Source: Mizuhopecten yessoensis (Eukaryota). From it: a stretch of DNA of 64,000 nt. The notes beneath the pieces are model-generated. The model did no database searches and was not told the origin of the DNA. It was given only the letters and a program-made list of their open reading frames with translations. Shown here piece after piece: positions 47,775 to 61,500 of this stretch. The first letter of the stretch is position 1, and each line of letters begins with the position of its first letter. The stretch is from contig NW_018407738.1 of the NCBI RefSeq assembly GCF_002113885.1, positions 85,563 through 149,562 on the forward strand, given 5' to 3'. The position numbers were made by a program, and so were the translations under genes.

Positions 47775-50440
47775 CTATACTGTTGTTGACATCTTTGAGG
47801 TTTTCTTTGAACCATTGGATTGCTGGTCGTGAAAATGGTCTTTTTTCTTGTGTTCTGTTTCTTGTAGCACCTTGTTGATCTATAAAACAAAAGGTAAGAA
47901 ATATATATTTATCCAATGTGTTCATGTTATAAAGAAAAAGAATTTAAATCATCCAATCCTATCAAATTAAATCAAATACATTGTAACATGATATTGAATT
48001 AATGGCATCTTGACGTTTACCAAGACGAGGAAAGGTACTCAATGTTTACAGATTATAGTCATTTGTACCTTTGAGACAAGCTTCCTTGTTGTCTTGTGAT
48101 GGTTGTACCGGAAGGCTGATGCCATCAACGCATGCGCTGTATCCTGCCCGGAAGCACTGTCGAGCGATCGGCGAACGAAATCCCAGCAGGCTGACCGCAG
48201 GTCCTCCAAACCAAACTGATATGCCCCGCACAACAAACCTGTATAGTGTCAATGAATGTTATTAGTTTCAATATCTCAAAGTTTATATGTCACATCTTTA
48301 TCGTTCAAAATAATTTAATTAATGTTTTATAAAATATACACTATTCATTTATGCATAAATTTGCAAATAATTTCGTTTAAATACTGTAATAAGCTAGATT
48401 TTAATTATTCTGTAGAATAGCTCATAAGAAAACGTTTACATGGTCATATTATCCAAATATTTACCATTTATGAGGTACCATATGTCTTAGATAGCCGGGT
48501 CTTCGAGAGCACCATATATAGTCGACCGAAACAATCATATGTATTTGATTTGTGTTATTATTTGGAAATATTAAATTAAAATATAACCTAAATAAATAAT
48601 ACTAACCCGCCACATTGTGTATTCCTATGTCCACAGATCCACAATGAACAAATTGCATTAACATTCGGAAGTCCTCTGGCTCGTACTTGTTCACTTCTAT
48701 GACGACACGCGATTTTGAGGATGACTTCCGGAACTTCTTAAATGTCGATCTTTCCGCTTCCGCTTGATGTTGTTGATTCAAAATAAGTTGATATAAAACC
48801 CTGGAATAGTGGCGAAGTTGTTGGTTAGTTGAAACGAACATGATTTTGAAGTCCTATTCAGATATATGTAATAGTGGTAGCAAAACATTTTATAGATTAA
48901 AGAATTGCACTGCTAAAGCGGCTTAAGTGTGATTTCAAAGAGAGTCCAGGTTTGTTCCTTTCGAAAAATTATGCCTAGGAACCATGCAGGCTTGTCAAAT
49001 GGTTGTCTGATAAATATCACTTAATATCAAGCTTATTATAATTTGACTTTCATTTCCAAATATTTACGGTTTGCTGATGCAAGACTTTATGTATAACATA
49101 CATGTATTTCAGAACAATTAAATAGAATCATAATGAAGGTATTTTATCAACATGCTCTTACCTGCTTCTGGTGCCCAGAATTGCCTTTACGCCATAAACC
49201 GGAACCTTTGTGGGGCCAACCAAAAACGTGACGTCACATAACTCGGGCATGGAAACGATATATTTGAGATGTTCACAGAGGGCCTTGGTGCTTTTATAAC
49301 TCATGACCTCTGTAGCCTCGTCTTCAGACTCACTGTCGCATTGGGAGTCACATGTTAAGTAGGGCTGCTGTACTTTTAACAGGCTTGTTTCCGTATCGGA
49401 GACCTCCTGCGCCGAGTCGTACCCCGATGAAAATCCTGAAAAAAAAGCAAAAGTGATAAGTTATAGCGTTTAAAGTACATTTTTTTGGTGTATTTTTGCA
49501 ATGATTTTAGATGTAGTTTTTCCGTATCTTTCTCAAACTATATCCTCATAAAATATGGATTCCATTCTGTTTTGTCCAATAAACTGTGCGTATAGCAAAA
49601 GCTATTACAGGATACAATGTTTTTTAAATAATGTTTTTTTTATTCAATCGTAATTGCTTTAAACTACACATTTGCAATCAAGAGAAATTAATAAAAATAA
49701 ATCCTTACTTATCTACTAAACTAAAATATAAATATCAAACAAGCGGGGTTTTTCTGTTTCCGCGAATTACAATATCACATCATTGTAGTTCATATTTGAT
49801 ACATGGAAATAATTGCACCTTGTGTTTGGTGTTCCAATATTTAACAGTTGATATAGTGAAATAAAGATTCAAGGAGAAATACGGGTACTGCTTTGGGGGT
49901 CCAACTTGATACAAATCGTTGTCAAGAGACGACAAATATCGCCAAACAAGAATTTTAGGCAAAAGCTTTAAAAATGGTCATTAAATTATAATTTTTAAAT
50001 AGATTATTCATATAACTTTCAAACGGGTTTTTTCTGTTATGCGGAAAAAATTGCAAAGAGCGAAAGGCAGATATCTTATAAATATCACAAATCCAAAAGA
50101 AACATTATCTTGGAATTATAAGATTACATTTCGATTGAGTAAAGATAAACAGAACGTTTATTTTAACATGACAGCTTCGGCTCAACCCTCGACATGATTT
50201 AACTCACACAGTATAAAGTAGACGCTGAGTAAGTATCATATATGTTTTTTAGATAAATCAGTCTGCTATGAGAAAAAACAATATACATGGATTTGAATTC
50301 ATTTGATGAATTTGTCAGTCGGCAAAATTATTTACGTCCCATTTAGAAATTTGACACCTACCGTCTTTTTCCTGGTCTGACATTGCCATTTCCAAATGGT
50401 CATTTTCCAGCAGCAGTACCCGAGACTCGGACTTAGACAT
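47775..50440 (-). CDS. BTB/POZ domain protein, serine-enriched protein (gprs)-like, 273 aa, 5 exons
   Basis: Exons 50440-50362, 49435-49162 (MPELCDVTFLVGPTKVPVYGVKAILGTRS), 48800-48607 (YEPEDFRMLMQFVHCGSV), 48238-48069 (LLCGAYQFGLEDLRSACWDFV), 47879-47775 (..MSTTV*). 822 nt in frame; AATAAA on - strand at 47162-47167. Confidence 0.88.
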
Positions 50441-53142
50441 TCTTGTTAAATTAACTATCACCTTGTAGATAATAACTGTATACGTGTATAATGTTTAACG
50501 ATGTGATATATTTTAACACAAATCTTCAAAACACGTGAATATGACCAGAAGATAAATCGCGACGTCCGTGTTGAGAGGTCGAAGGTTGAAGTGTGTTGTG
50601 ATCGTCACCTATTATACTCCTCACTCTAAAGTGTCCGGTATTACAGGGTATCTACTCAGGGCGTCACTGTCACACCTTCCTAACGACGAGTCAATGTCCC
50701 GCTTGTAACCCCGGGTCGTACAGGTGTACAGGGTCGGCTTGCAGTAGCCACGCCCCACTGATCACGTGGGGTTATGATCAATTCACGTCATGTGTGTTTT
50801 GGAGACAGTTGAGTTGTTTTGCTTTTTCATTTTATCACCTATCTGCGTTAACGGCTTGGACCCGTTAGGCCAATAAAGGTTGAGTAATTTCTGTAGCAGC
50901 AATAACTGACAGTTCTCTATAGAAGTACTACCTCAGCGATGATAGCAGTTAATTAGTTGTGTAAACTTTTAAATATTAGCCTAACAATTATATCCAAAAC
51001 TACCCTCAAAACGGAAAATATATATATTTGTTTACAATTTCAAAACATTACGATGTTTAGACATATTCAAACTACAAATTTATTCAAATCTTAAAATTAA
51101 AATCATTAATCGACACTAAATCTTATTAACACTCAAGGGTAAAGGAGAAACCGTTTCATTTCTACGTCATTTTATAGAATACGTGCAAAGATTTAAAAAA
51201 AAAAATAAAAAAAAATATGTTGAATTCAAAAGACATATCTTAAATAATTAGGTTAATTTTTCACAAGTTTTTAAATTGCCCTGTTTGGTTTATATATGTA
51301 AAGGGGAATAAATAAATGAATAAAGAAAACAACATGCATATACGGTATCAGTGCTCAGCAAAAATCACCTGATATCCCACTACACTTGAAATACATTTGT
51401 AATTTTGTTTGGTCGGTTAGCTGTTGTAATGTATCAGATGTGATACTGAAATGTGAAAATTTGTTATATATAAAGAAAGTTTATGACCTCTAATTTTAAT
51501 TGACTAGAAGAATAATGTAAAAAAAAGTCTTCCAAAAAAATATAATGTCAATTTTGAACATTTAGATTGCATTTTAACACTTTTAACAGGACTGCCTTCG
51601 TATACAAGTAATGATTCATTATATTTCAAAACGGGACAAGAAACACTATCAGAGAGGAAAAAAGGTCGAAAGTTAAATATTTTATATAAACTGAAAAACA
51701 ATTTAACCCTCAACTACTTATTGGTCATTGTGCCATACACAGTGGGTAACAACAATCGGTACAATTTACGGAACCAATAGGATTATAATATTCTTTCTTT
51801 CAGACTCTCCTCAAGCAACTCCTCTTTGCTGCTAATACAGTAAGAATATTACCGTCTTTAAATACTTTTAAATCTTCTGTATCTAGTGGTGCAAATTCGT
51901 CTCCACCACCTTAAACAAATTTGACAAACGCAATATACAATATATTACGTACGAAACCCAGGCGTCAGTGAAAAACGATTTGTTGGACATTCCCGTGATA
52001 TATGTGTGTTCGCTATTTTTTCTTAAAATGTAGGCTTTTTGTTGCAGCGCAGCACTAATTATGCTTTTTCAAAGCATATACTCGTTGAATTTAAACCCAG
52101 GTAATTTAGATTTGTTATTATTTTGGTAATGAAAATCTGTACGTAAATGCCAATACAGAAGAATTCAGACGCGTGAAACTTTTCATCAAATCCTTCAACA
52201 GGTTTTAAGTAAAATATTATATATATAAAATAAATTATGTATGCCTTGTGAAATGCTATCATGTGTATATCAATATGCTCTGTATTAAAGGAAAAGGCGT
52301 TGATAAGTTGATATAACGTGTGTCTTATCCTCTGCTCTAAGGGGAAATTAATATGTTAAAATCAATCAAAAAAAATCTACATTTTATTTTATTTAAGTTC
52401 AAAGTTCAAATATTTTATTTTTGTGTCAAACTCATAGTATTCTTAAAATCACAATACAATCATACCTTTGAATATAAAATGTGTCCCGCCAAAATGTTTT
52501 ATTAGACACGTTATAAGAACAATCACACTATTTACTATCTTCAGACATGTAATGTTATTAACCAGTCTTTGTAAAAACAATTGTGCTCGATATTTTTTTT
52601 TTTTTTTTACCAATAGCAGGACTATAATTTGCATATATATAATACATGTAATAGTTCTATTTCCTTTGATGGGCTAAAACAAACAGTAGTATCACAACAC
52701 TGTCCTGATAACACTCGTCCAGGCTTACACAACCGGATAATTACCACTACCGATGTTACCTGTGTTTGTTTTGTAAAGTATTTAATAAAGGGCGTGTCGG
52801 GAAAGATCACACGGACGATCCGCGATTATAGGACAGGGACGACGGTTAAAACAATACCGACACAACCACACCCGTCGCTTGGGTGTATTTAAATAAACAC
52901 GAAACAGATGTTTTTGAAAACATACGCACACGTAAATAAACAAAATATATACGAATGAATAAATAGATGTATCGGCCATGAATACAAAGTCCGTGTAATA
53001 ATTGAAATAAGCAAATCTTGTTGATGAGATATTTCAAGATTGTTAATCAAAATTCTACAACATCAAAGATGCTTATTTTATTAATTTTAACATTAAGAAC
53101 TTTAAACAGATTTTTGTTGTTGTTGTAGGGATGGGATTTTTT

Positions 53143-53173
<31 letters not shown>

Positions 53174-54779
53174 GTAGGCAAATTAAAAAAAAAATGTTGG
53201 TAAAACTTTCTTAATTTCTCGATTTTTAGATCTCTGCATTTTGTTTAAAATTTAAACAACATCCTGGATTCTAGTTTAAGTTTGCCGTACAGCGTTCAAA
53301 AAATACTCTCGAATATGCTCTTAAAACCATTATATAATCCAGAGCTTTTGAACCTATAACACGTATTTCAAACCATCGTATATTTTTGTAAGGGTTGCGG
53401 TTCAACTTTTTGGAACCTCTCAATTTTGCTTTGCACTAAGCATAGCTGCTGCCACGGTAACACTGGAAGGGATTATAATTTTACAGCTCCCACTGAAAAC
53501 GTTTTTTAATGCTTATTATTATAAAAATAAAAATTGAAATGAGCTAAAATTTAATCAAAATTATAAAGAAACTCTGAAATGATGCCCTAGGTCGAAAAAG
53601 AACATTTTAGATCGTAATTGTTGGAAGGAGCGGGGGGTCGAAACGACAAACATGTACAAGAAAATATAAGTAAGTCGTAAAATACTGCCATAGTTACATG
53701 CTACTAGTACAAGTAATTATTACACAGTTAATTGACTCGCACTAGATTATCAAATCGTAATTGTTACATAGGTAAATAATATTAGTTAGATGTTATAGAG
53801 CGAAGATGTATACTGACATTGTCCACAGGGGATGGGGCCATGGCCATTTGCACTTTTATATTGTTTTACTTCTAGTGTCACATCACTTGCACAGTCCCTG
53901 AACATAGAACTAAGCACACTCACGTTTCTGTGCTAACGAAATTAAGGATAACCAGCAGCGTAGGAAAGAAAGATTTTGTGAGAGGGAAAATAGTTCTAAG
54001 AATTGTTACAATCGGTACAGCATATCAGCTTCGGTGAGCAAGGAATTTTTTTCCGAATCTGGATGAGACCATTTTTTAGTCGCGTCATGCAATCATGAAA
54101 TGGAGTTTGTCAGGCCAAGTAATTCGAATGTCTCCCAACGTGACTTCTGCAAGTGAAACTTCATCAAAAGTTTAACTTGCTCCATTGCTGTCAGTGTATG
54201 TATATATCGTGATCATGTTTAGCACATTGCCGGCCTCCCCTGCCCCGGCCGCAATATATAAACGCAATATATATATAAAAAAAAATCGCTCGTCGTCAGA
54301 AATCTACGTTATCGCAGCTCACAATCAATGTGCATGTACACTATACAATTACGAAATAACTGACGTATGACCATCGTTGGATACCTACGGTTGATTTCGC
54401 TTCGGTACTCAATCATCACGCGAAATCAACTGTGGGTATCCGATGATGACGTCTGACGAGGTTGAGAAAATGTTGGAAAGAACGCTTGCGGCCAGTGTTA
54501 TTTACTTTTACAACATTTTTGAATTCCGAGATTTATTTTGCACTGTACTATACAAACATATGTTGTGACCTAGATAATATAATTATTAAAGATAGGCTGT
54601 TCCTTTACGCGCGTTAACAACTGTCACGTGATGCCTATATGTCTTCATTTCACAACAAGCTGTGTGTTTTCATCATTTAATTCTGACACTGTCGGCAGTT
54701 CCTATTTTTTCTTTTTAACCTTGATATATTTGGTAAGGTTTTTTTATTTTAGGTCACCATTCTATTGACATCGCTCGTC

Positions 54780-55095
54780 AACACATGAAATCAGCATTGG
54801 ACGAACTTGCAAACCGATTACGAAATAATAAGAACATAAAAGATATTCAAGTTAATATTTGTCCAATTCTACTCTCACAATATCCTGATGATACCTCTTT
54901 GGCTTTAGATGGCTCTGAAAGATCTCTTAAAGAATCTGTTTATGAATTAAATTTCTATGCTTAATTAAATTTCTGGTCTAAAAATTCATGTATCCAAAAT
55001 ACAGGTATCCTGGATTGGTAGTAAAATACATAATGATGACACCTTCCTCGAGCTCCCAGAACTTAACTTGCAATGGGGCAGACACAAATTCACAT
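54780..55095 (+). pseudogene. L1/Tx1-like reverse transcriptase fragment
   Basis: LSQYPDDTSLALDGSERSL..ISGLKIHVSKIQVSWIG, a decayed YADD region. Confidence 0.6.
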
Positions 55096-55249
55096 TAATT
55101 AACAGATACGCGAGTGTAAAGTTTATTTGATACCTTAAGTTTGTTTCCTAAATTGCGGACACGCCCTTCCCACGAGTTCCTTCTCCTAGATGAACAGATC
55201 TAGATATGCACCATATGTAGAAGCATAAAATTGAAGCGCATTATCCTGC

Positions 55250-55885
55250 AATAAATAAAACAACTTTTCAGTTGAACTAAGTTCATTAAAATACCTAAAG
55301 GAGTTCACTGCGTTTTTGAATAGATCCTATCTGATATCACTATACACAGGACAGTCACAAAGGAAATGAGACTCATCTTCCACTATATTTAAGCAAAAGG
55401 GGCATTTCCTTTGCTCTACTGGCAAGTTACTGTAGCGTCCAGTTTCCACCATTAAGGGGAGACAACCGAGTCTGAGTTTAGCGAGGTGGCTCCGATAAGT
55501 AACGTTATATAATGTTTCTGTGTGTTCTAAGTTTACTGCTTGAAATTTTGTCGTTCCATTATTTCGAGAACCAAAAAGTTTCGTCATTCCTGTTAATGGA
55601 ACCGGTAATTATACGTAGTTTGGTTTTAACAGATACGCAAGTGTGAAGTATATTTGATACCTTAAGTTTGTTTCCTAAATTGCGGACACGCCCTTCCCAC
55701 GAGTTCCTTCTCCTAGATGACCAGATATACACCTTATGTAGAAGCCTATCTGTATCCACATTTTGTAGTCTACAGTAAAGTCTCAAAACTTCTTTGTGTT
55801 GTTTTGCCCGACAAGATGACCATCCAAAATCTCCAAGGACACCAGTATTGGAAGTATATTTATTCACTCCAAGATACGCTTTCAT
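55250..55885 (-). mobile_element. Non-LTR retrotransposon 3' end (RTE-X/CR1-clade-like)
   Basis: YLGVNKYTSNTGVLGDFGW and LAKLRLGCLPLMVETGRY..RKCPFC..EDESHFLCDCPVY. Confidence 0.8.
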
Positions 55886-55924
55886 TAGTAGTATTCATTA
55901 ATTCATAGAACTTAACTACATTTG

Positions 55925-57248
55925 GTCTCATCCAAAAATATGTATCTGTATATATAAAATTCTATAGCTAGACAGTGACGGACACTCAGGGAAGTAATGG
56001 AATTCGTCACCAATTTGCTGACTGTTACAGTGTGGACGTTTTCTTTCATTATAATTAATATCATGCCATCTGTCAGTTTCAACAATAAATGTGTGATTGG
56101 TGGACCTAAATTTACAAAATGTAACTGTTTTTATCACTAAAATATCTAAGTAATTTTCAAAATGACAATTGTTTTTAAAAATCCTATAACATGTAGCTTT
56201 TGATGAAGTGTGTACATCACTCTGCCATTTCTGTAAATACTGGCCATACAATAATTGTTTAATAACATGCTTTAGCCATGTTGTATAACATTTTGCAGTA
56301 TACTGGACATTCCATAGGTAACTCATACCACATTCATTTAAAATACGTTAAATAAAGCTTATATATGGAATCGGTTTATCATCAACATCATGATGATGGC
56401 AAAGAAGTTTATACAATATAATATTTATTTTATTTTCTTTAGAATGAGTCAATTGTGACCAATATGTTATTATTCTTGTTTTTACTGTTATTTCAAGTGG
56501 GCTAGTACCTCGTTCTCCATAGACCATATAATTAGGAGTGCTACTTTTTAACCCTAGTAATAATTTAGAAAACTTTAAATGTACACGTTCAGTTACCTTA
56601 AGGTCAGTAATTATAAGACCCCAAACTTCACAACCATACAACAGTATGGATTTTACAATCTTGTCAAATAAATCATATATACATTGAACTGATAAGTTAT
56701 GTAGTCTATCTTTCTTTATAACGTCATACATTTCTATAGTAGCCTTTTTAATATTGTATTTTTTCGTTTCATTGAATGAACCAGTATGGCTAAATGCCGT
56801 ACCCAAATAAGTAAAATTGTCCACTTTTTTCCTATATTAACCTTTAATTTCCACTGTTTACAGTATTCACTGAATACACTTAATTGTAGTTGCAAGTCAG
56901 CTGGCCAGTCTGAGAAAAATAATGATCATCAGCATAGAGTAAAATAAAAAGCTTTATGTAAACATGTAAATCATTTTCTAATTTAGTAATAAGGTTTGTC
57001 GAACCCTGAACGTTATTTTGGACCATAAACTCTTCGAGATCGTTCAAGTACAGACAAAATAAAAAGGGAGATAGGTTTTCTCCTTGTCTAAAACCATTTT
57101 CACATGGAAAATAACCAGAACATTCACCATTAAAAGGTATATTTGATATAATGCCTTGATACATGTTAAAAAGAATTTAAAAACTTTTCCCATTAATTCC
57201 ACTCATTAACCTTGTTCCACAAGTCAGTGCGCAATACTTTATCGAAGG
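55925..57248 (-). mobile_element. Second non-LTR retrotransposon relic (RT plus C-terminus)
   Basis: KAFDKV, GFRQGENLSPFLF, LLYADD, FTYLG, LLYGCEVWG and KFRSTNH..VETDRW..GDEFHYF, with frameshifts. Confidence 0.85.
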
Positions 57249-57282
<34 letters not shown>

Positions 57283-57984
57283 GAATGGCTGCACACAAAA
57301 TGGGTGTATGGTTTAAGGATGAATGTCAGTCAGGCACAGGCTGTGTAATAGGTTTATATGTATGATGTGTATATACGTAGTGAGTAGAGTAGTATGAAAT
57401 CTGTAAGATGAGCGTTCTGTATAATTACAATTATTGAAAATTAACCTGCTTGCACAACCGGAAGAAAGTCGTGTCCAGCGGAAGTTTATCGACAATTGAC
57501 CATACATCATAAGAAGCCATTGGCTTAACTCGATGTCAACCAGTGATTCAGCGATTCAGTACAATAACCCATCTTTTCCTGTCATAATTTACAGACTTGT
57601 ATTTCATTATTTGTCATGCGTATGTGTTTGAAAAATCCGAATAAAATTCTAAGTTACAAAAAACCCCACTTGCAAACACTATTTCAAGTCACCTTCGCGG
57701 TAAGTTCGGCGGACCGACCATATGTATTCTGACCGTGATCTTGACATGTTTGAAGTAGAACTAGAGATCAAATTGCGGGAACGTATTTGGAAGAGAGTTG
57801 ATCTGCTGGAAAATACTACTTGCACGCGCATGGTATATCGTCCAATGATACCGGATTATTAACCAATGAAAGGTGTCGTTACATCGCAAACGTGGTTGAA
57901 AACATTATAACATTTATGTTATACAACAATTAGATAATCCTACCGTTCAATACTTTTGTCATAAATCAAAAACAGACGGGTGGT

Positions 57985-58200
57985 CGGGTGGTCGGGTGGC
58001 GTTGTGGATAGCGCACTTGCCTTTCACCAAAGCGGCCGGGGTTCGATTTCCCGATCTGCCCGACCACGTGGGTTTTCTCTGGGTACTCCGGATTCCTCCT
58101 ACATTAAGAACCCCGGCGCGCTAACATCCGGGCCAACAAGAGTGATTAATATAGGTTATAAAAACTTGATTCATAATTGTTGTAAAATAAATAAAATTTA
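57985..58200 (+). mobile_element. tRNA-derived V-domain-like SINE
   Basis: A-box TGGCGTTGTGG, B-box GGTTCGATTTCC, V-like core GGGTTTTCTCTGGGTACTCCGGATTCCTCC, and an A-rich tail. Confidence 0.75.
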
Positions 58201-58595
58201 GATATATATATAATAACAGCCGGAACTATCACACTTCTATTCCCGAAGACGTTGTGGTTGTTTTTGTAATACCGTTGGTGTTACCGACCGACGACTAACC
58301 CATCGTGAAGTGACGTCAGATTAGAATTATGACAGACATTTTCTAATGTATTCAGATTGATGTTTGTCGCTGGACAGAACTAAAAAGTATAGAAAACACG
58401 ACTTTGTTCCTAAGAAAAAGCTGTTCACTATTTTGGTTTAAAATGTATCATAAACGGAAAAAAACACTCAGGGAGATTAAAAACATTTGTATTTGTTGTT
58501 TTAAAAGTGAATATAATGATAAAAAACAACAACTAGAAAGCAACTTCATAATTTGATCACAGAATGTGGTAGTTTTAATCAACAAGTGAGCATAT

Positions 58596-61500
58596 TTAGA
58601 GTGCAGCAATTTTTGCCTTAAGGCTACTAGGAATGAGGACGTGATCAATCTTGTGGACGACGCCGTTTGTGGCACTCATGTCTTTCTGTACGACGCGGGC
58701 TCCGTCGACCATAACGGTGTATCCTATAAGAAACAAACATTGTTATGACGTAACAGTAAGTAATCCGTCTTTTCGTATTGCAGAGTTATCTTCTCTTGAT
58801 AACAGGTATTGATTGTTACGTCATTTGTTTGTGAGAGTAACGTCATCAGTTTTTGAGAAAATGACGTAATTTTTTCACACAAACCAATGACGTTACAATC
58901 AATACCTGCTCTCAAGAGAAGATAACTCTGCAATACGCAAAGACGGAATGACGACAGCGCTAACTGTCAGACCAATGACTGCTTCGAAGTATTTGAGTAA
59001 ATCTGTCACTCTCGAAAAAAATCGTACTCAACAATTAGTAGTTCAAGAAAATTGGCAAATAATTGTCGGAATACTATCTAAGATATCAGCACTTTAATGT
59101 AAGCAAAAGACGTCAGGATTATAGACACAATTATTTTCAATTTTTCAATACACGGCAAACAACAACTCACCTGAGAACGAGGCATAGAGTCTCTCGCGGT
59201 CGTGGAGCTCAAGTGTGTTTAGGTATTCAGAATGCATGCCTGCTGAGTACAGACTGCCGTGGATCACGTGGTACTTCAGAATCTCTGTAATGGCAACAAG
59301 TAAAAGTCTAGTATTCTAAAGGAATGATAGTACCTGTAATACACATGGCCTATCATATAACTGGTATTATGTCGAGTATTCGAGGGGATGCCAACATCAT
59401 TCTCTATAGCTACTTATTTGTATTCATATTTAATCATTTTTATGTATCCTATTTATCTATTACTTATTTAATTTATTATTTACACATTTTCAAATAAACA
59501 GCCGTAACGCTATTCCGTTGAAGTGATAAGTAATTGTTTAGTCATCATGAACTTGTCGAGGGATATTCTATCATTGAATGGCGGATAACTGTATAATATA
59601 GTGACCACAGGAAGCATATTAAAGAAACGAAACAGGGAAGATACTTCATATTTGAGAGTATTCAAGATAATAACAGTTCTTTAGTTCTATATTACACATG
59701 TTTCACCTTTTTATCATTTGGTCTTGAATGTTCGATTTCTGGATCAAACTAAACCAATCATAACAACTACATTCAATGTCGCTTTTAAAGATAACAATAC
59801 TTGTTAAGGAACACCAATACCTCTGTTGTACGACTGTAAGCGAACAATATGGCCAGTACCGACTTCCTGGTTACCAGGGGTTGATGGTTTTTAATAAACA
59901 AATGATAGAATAGTGAAACCCTTGTATTCACGAATGAATGAATCGTGAAAAATAAGCCACAATCAAGTTTCATTTCTAACAGCAGAAAATAATAATTGAC
60001 TTCCGAATAAAACTACACGAGTTGAATAACAAGGAATACTTTCATTACTACGGAAATAAAATGACAGAAATGTCAAATGATTTCTTTATCTAAAAGACTA
60101 ATGTTACATTAGTATGTTTACAGTGTCCCATCACACTCTGGTTTTTCGTACAACCAGTTACCTCCCCTTTATTTTGTTTTGTATATAAATGAACGTAGCA
60201 CAACTGGGGCAGGACACTTCCGGTGACCAGGTAGTTCAGACAAAAATTAGAACGATAAAATAACAATATGACGTCCGGTGTTTGAGTCCCGCAATATATT
60301 GTTTCCTTTTCAAGAGTAACTTAACATGCTGTCGTGATATTTTTTGACTGTTTTACTTTTAACATATTTTATTGTTTAAAAGGGTACAAGGGATTTGGCA
60401 CAATTTATTGCAATTTTATCAACATTTAAAAAACAAGTGATTTCATAGACAGACAATTACAAATAGTACAAGTACTGGTAGAAAGTCAAAAATTACATAT
60501 GTACATACATGTTATTTTCTGAATCTTTCGCTGGACCTAATAAAAGTTTGCAATTTTCTAAATAAATTAGAATTTAAATCCAAAGCTAGGCTTTCATCAC
60601 CAAAAAGAAACTTCAAACTTATTTGCATATTTAATTTTTAATATCACTGCTCTAGTGAAGCGGAAAGCTGGTAACTCGCCTGTCATGTATTACCTGCAAG
60701 AATATCTGGATTGGCTAGGAGTTTAGAAACGGTGTCATTTCCAAGACGTGCAAAAGCACTATCCTCAGGCGCCATGAGGGTGATGGGCCCATCTGTGGGG
60801 AAGAACTCTTGATATTAATTCAAACGATCCGACTTTCAAACATTAAAACATAGTATCAACTATTCTTTTCCATTCTTATCATTTTCATTATCTCTTTGGT
60901 AACTCAACTCAAAATTGAAGGCACGAAGATAGCTGTTGATTGGTCTCCGGTAAAACAAAACTGACCAATCGCAAGGCTGAAACCTGTCTTTTGAAGATTA
61001 CAAAGGAGCGACACCCGACTTCAAAGTCTGTCAATGTTTATCGTTACGTGACAGCGAGATTCTTTTGATGAACATCAAAAGATCGAAATAGTAGTCTTCT
61101 TGTCCCGTCCACAAAGTGGTGTACACTGAACCTTCAATTTTGCTATGATTTATTCTAGGGGTGCAGAGAGCGAAAGTGAGCGTAACCCTTCGAGTGTCAA
61201 GGATATGAACTTAGAGATATATTAAGACCTTTGATGCAGGTTTTTTTCTTCACACTGATGCCTCAGGATCTCGACTTGGAATGCTGTCGTAGCTAAAAGA
61301 CGAATCTCTCTAAATATAGAACTGCGTATTTATGTAGCTACGATGTATCATAATAATTAGGTTTATTATATCGTACCTGACAGAGCGTCGACCAGACCAG
61401 CGGCCTGAGCAGCAGCAATAAGTGTGTTGAAGTGTCCGTCATCTTGGAGGACATCCACGATACTCCCCTTAGGGGGCATGAGAACTTGGCTAACACGATG

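Noticed and set aside
47734-47925. ORF-track frame (DQQGATRNRTQ..) as the BTB last exon
   Set aside because: Phase-0 splicing from 48069 requires the INKVLQ..STTV* frame.
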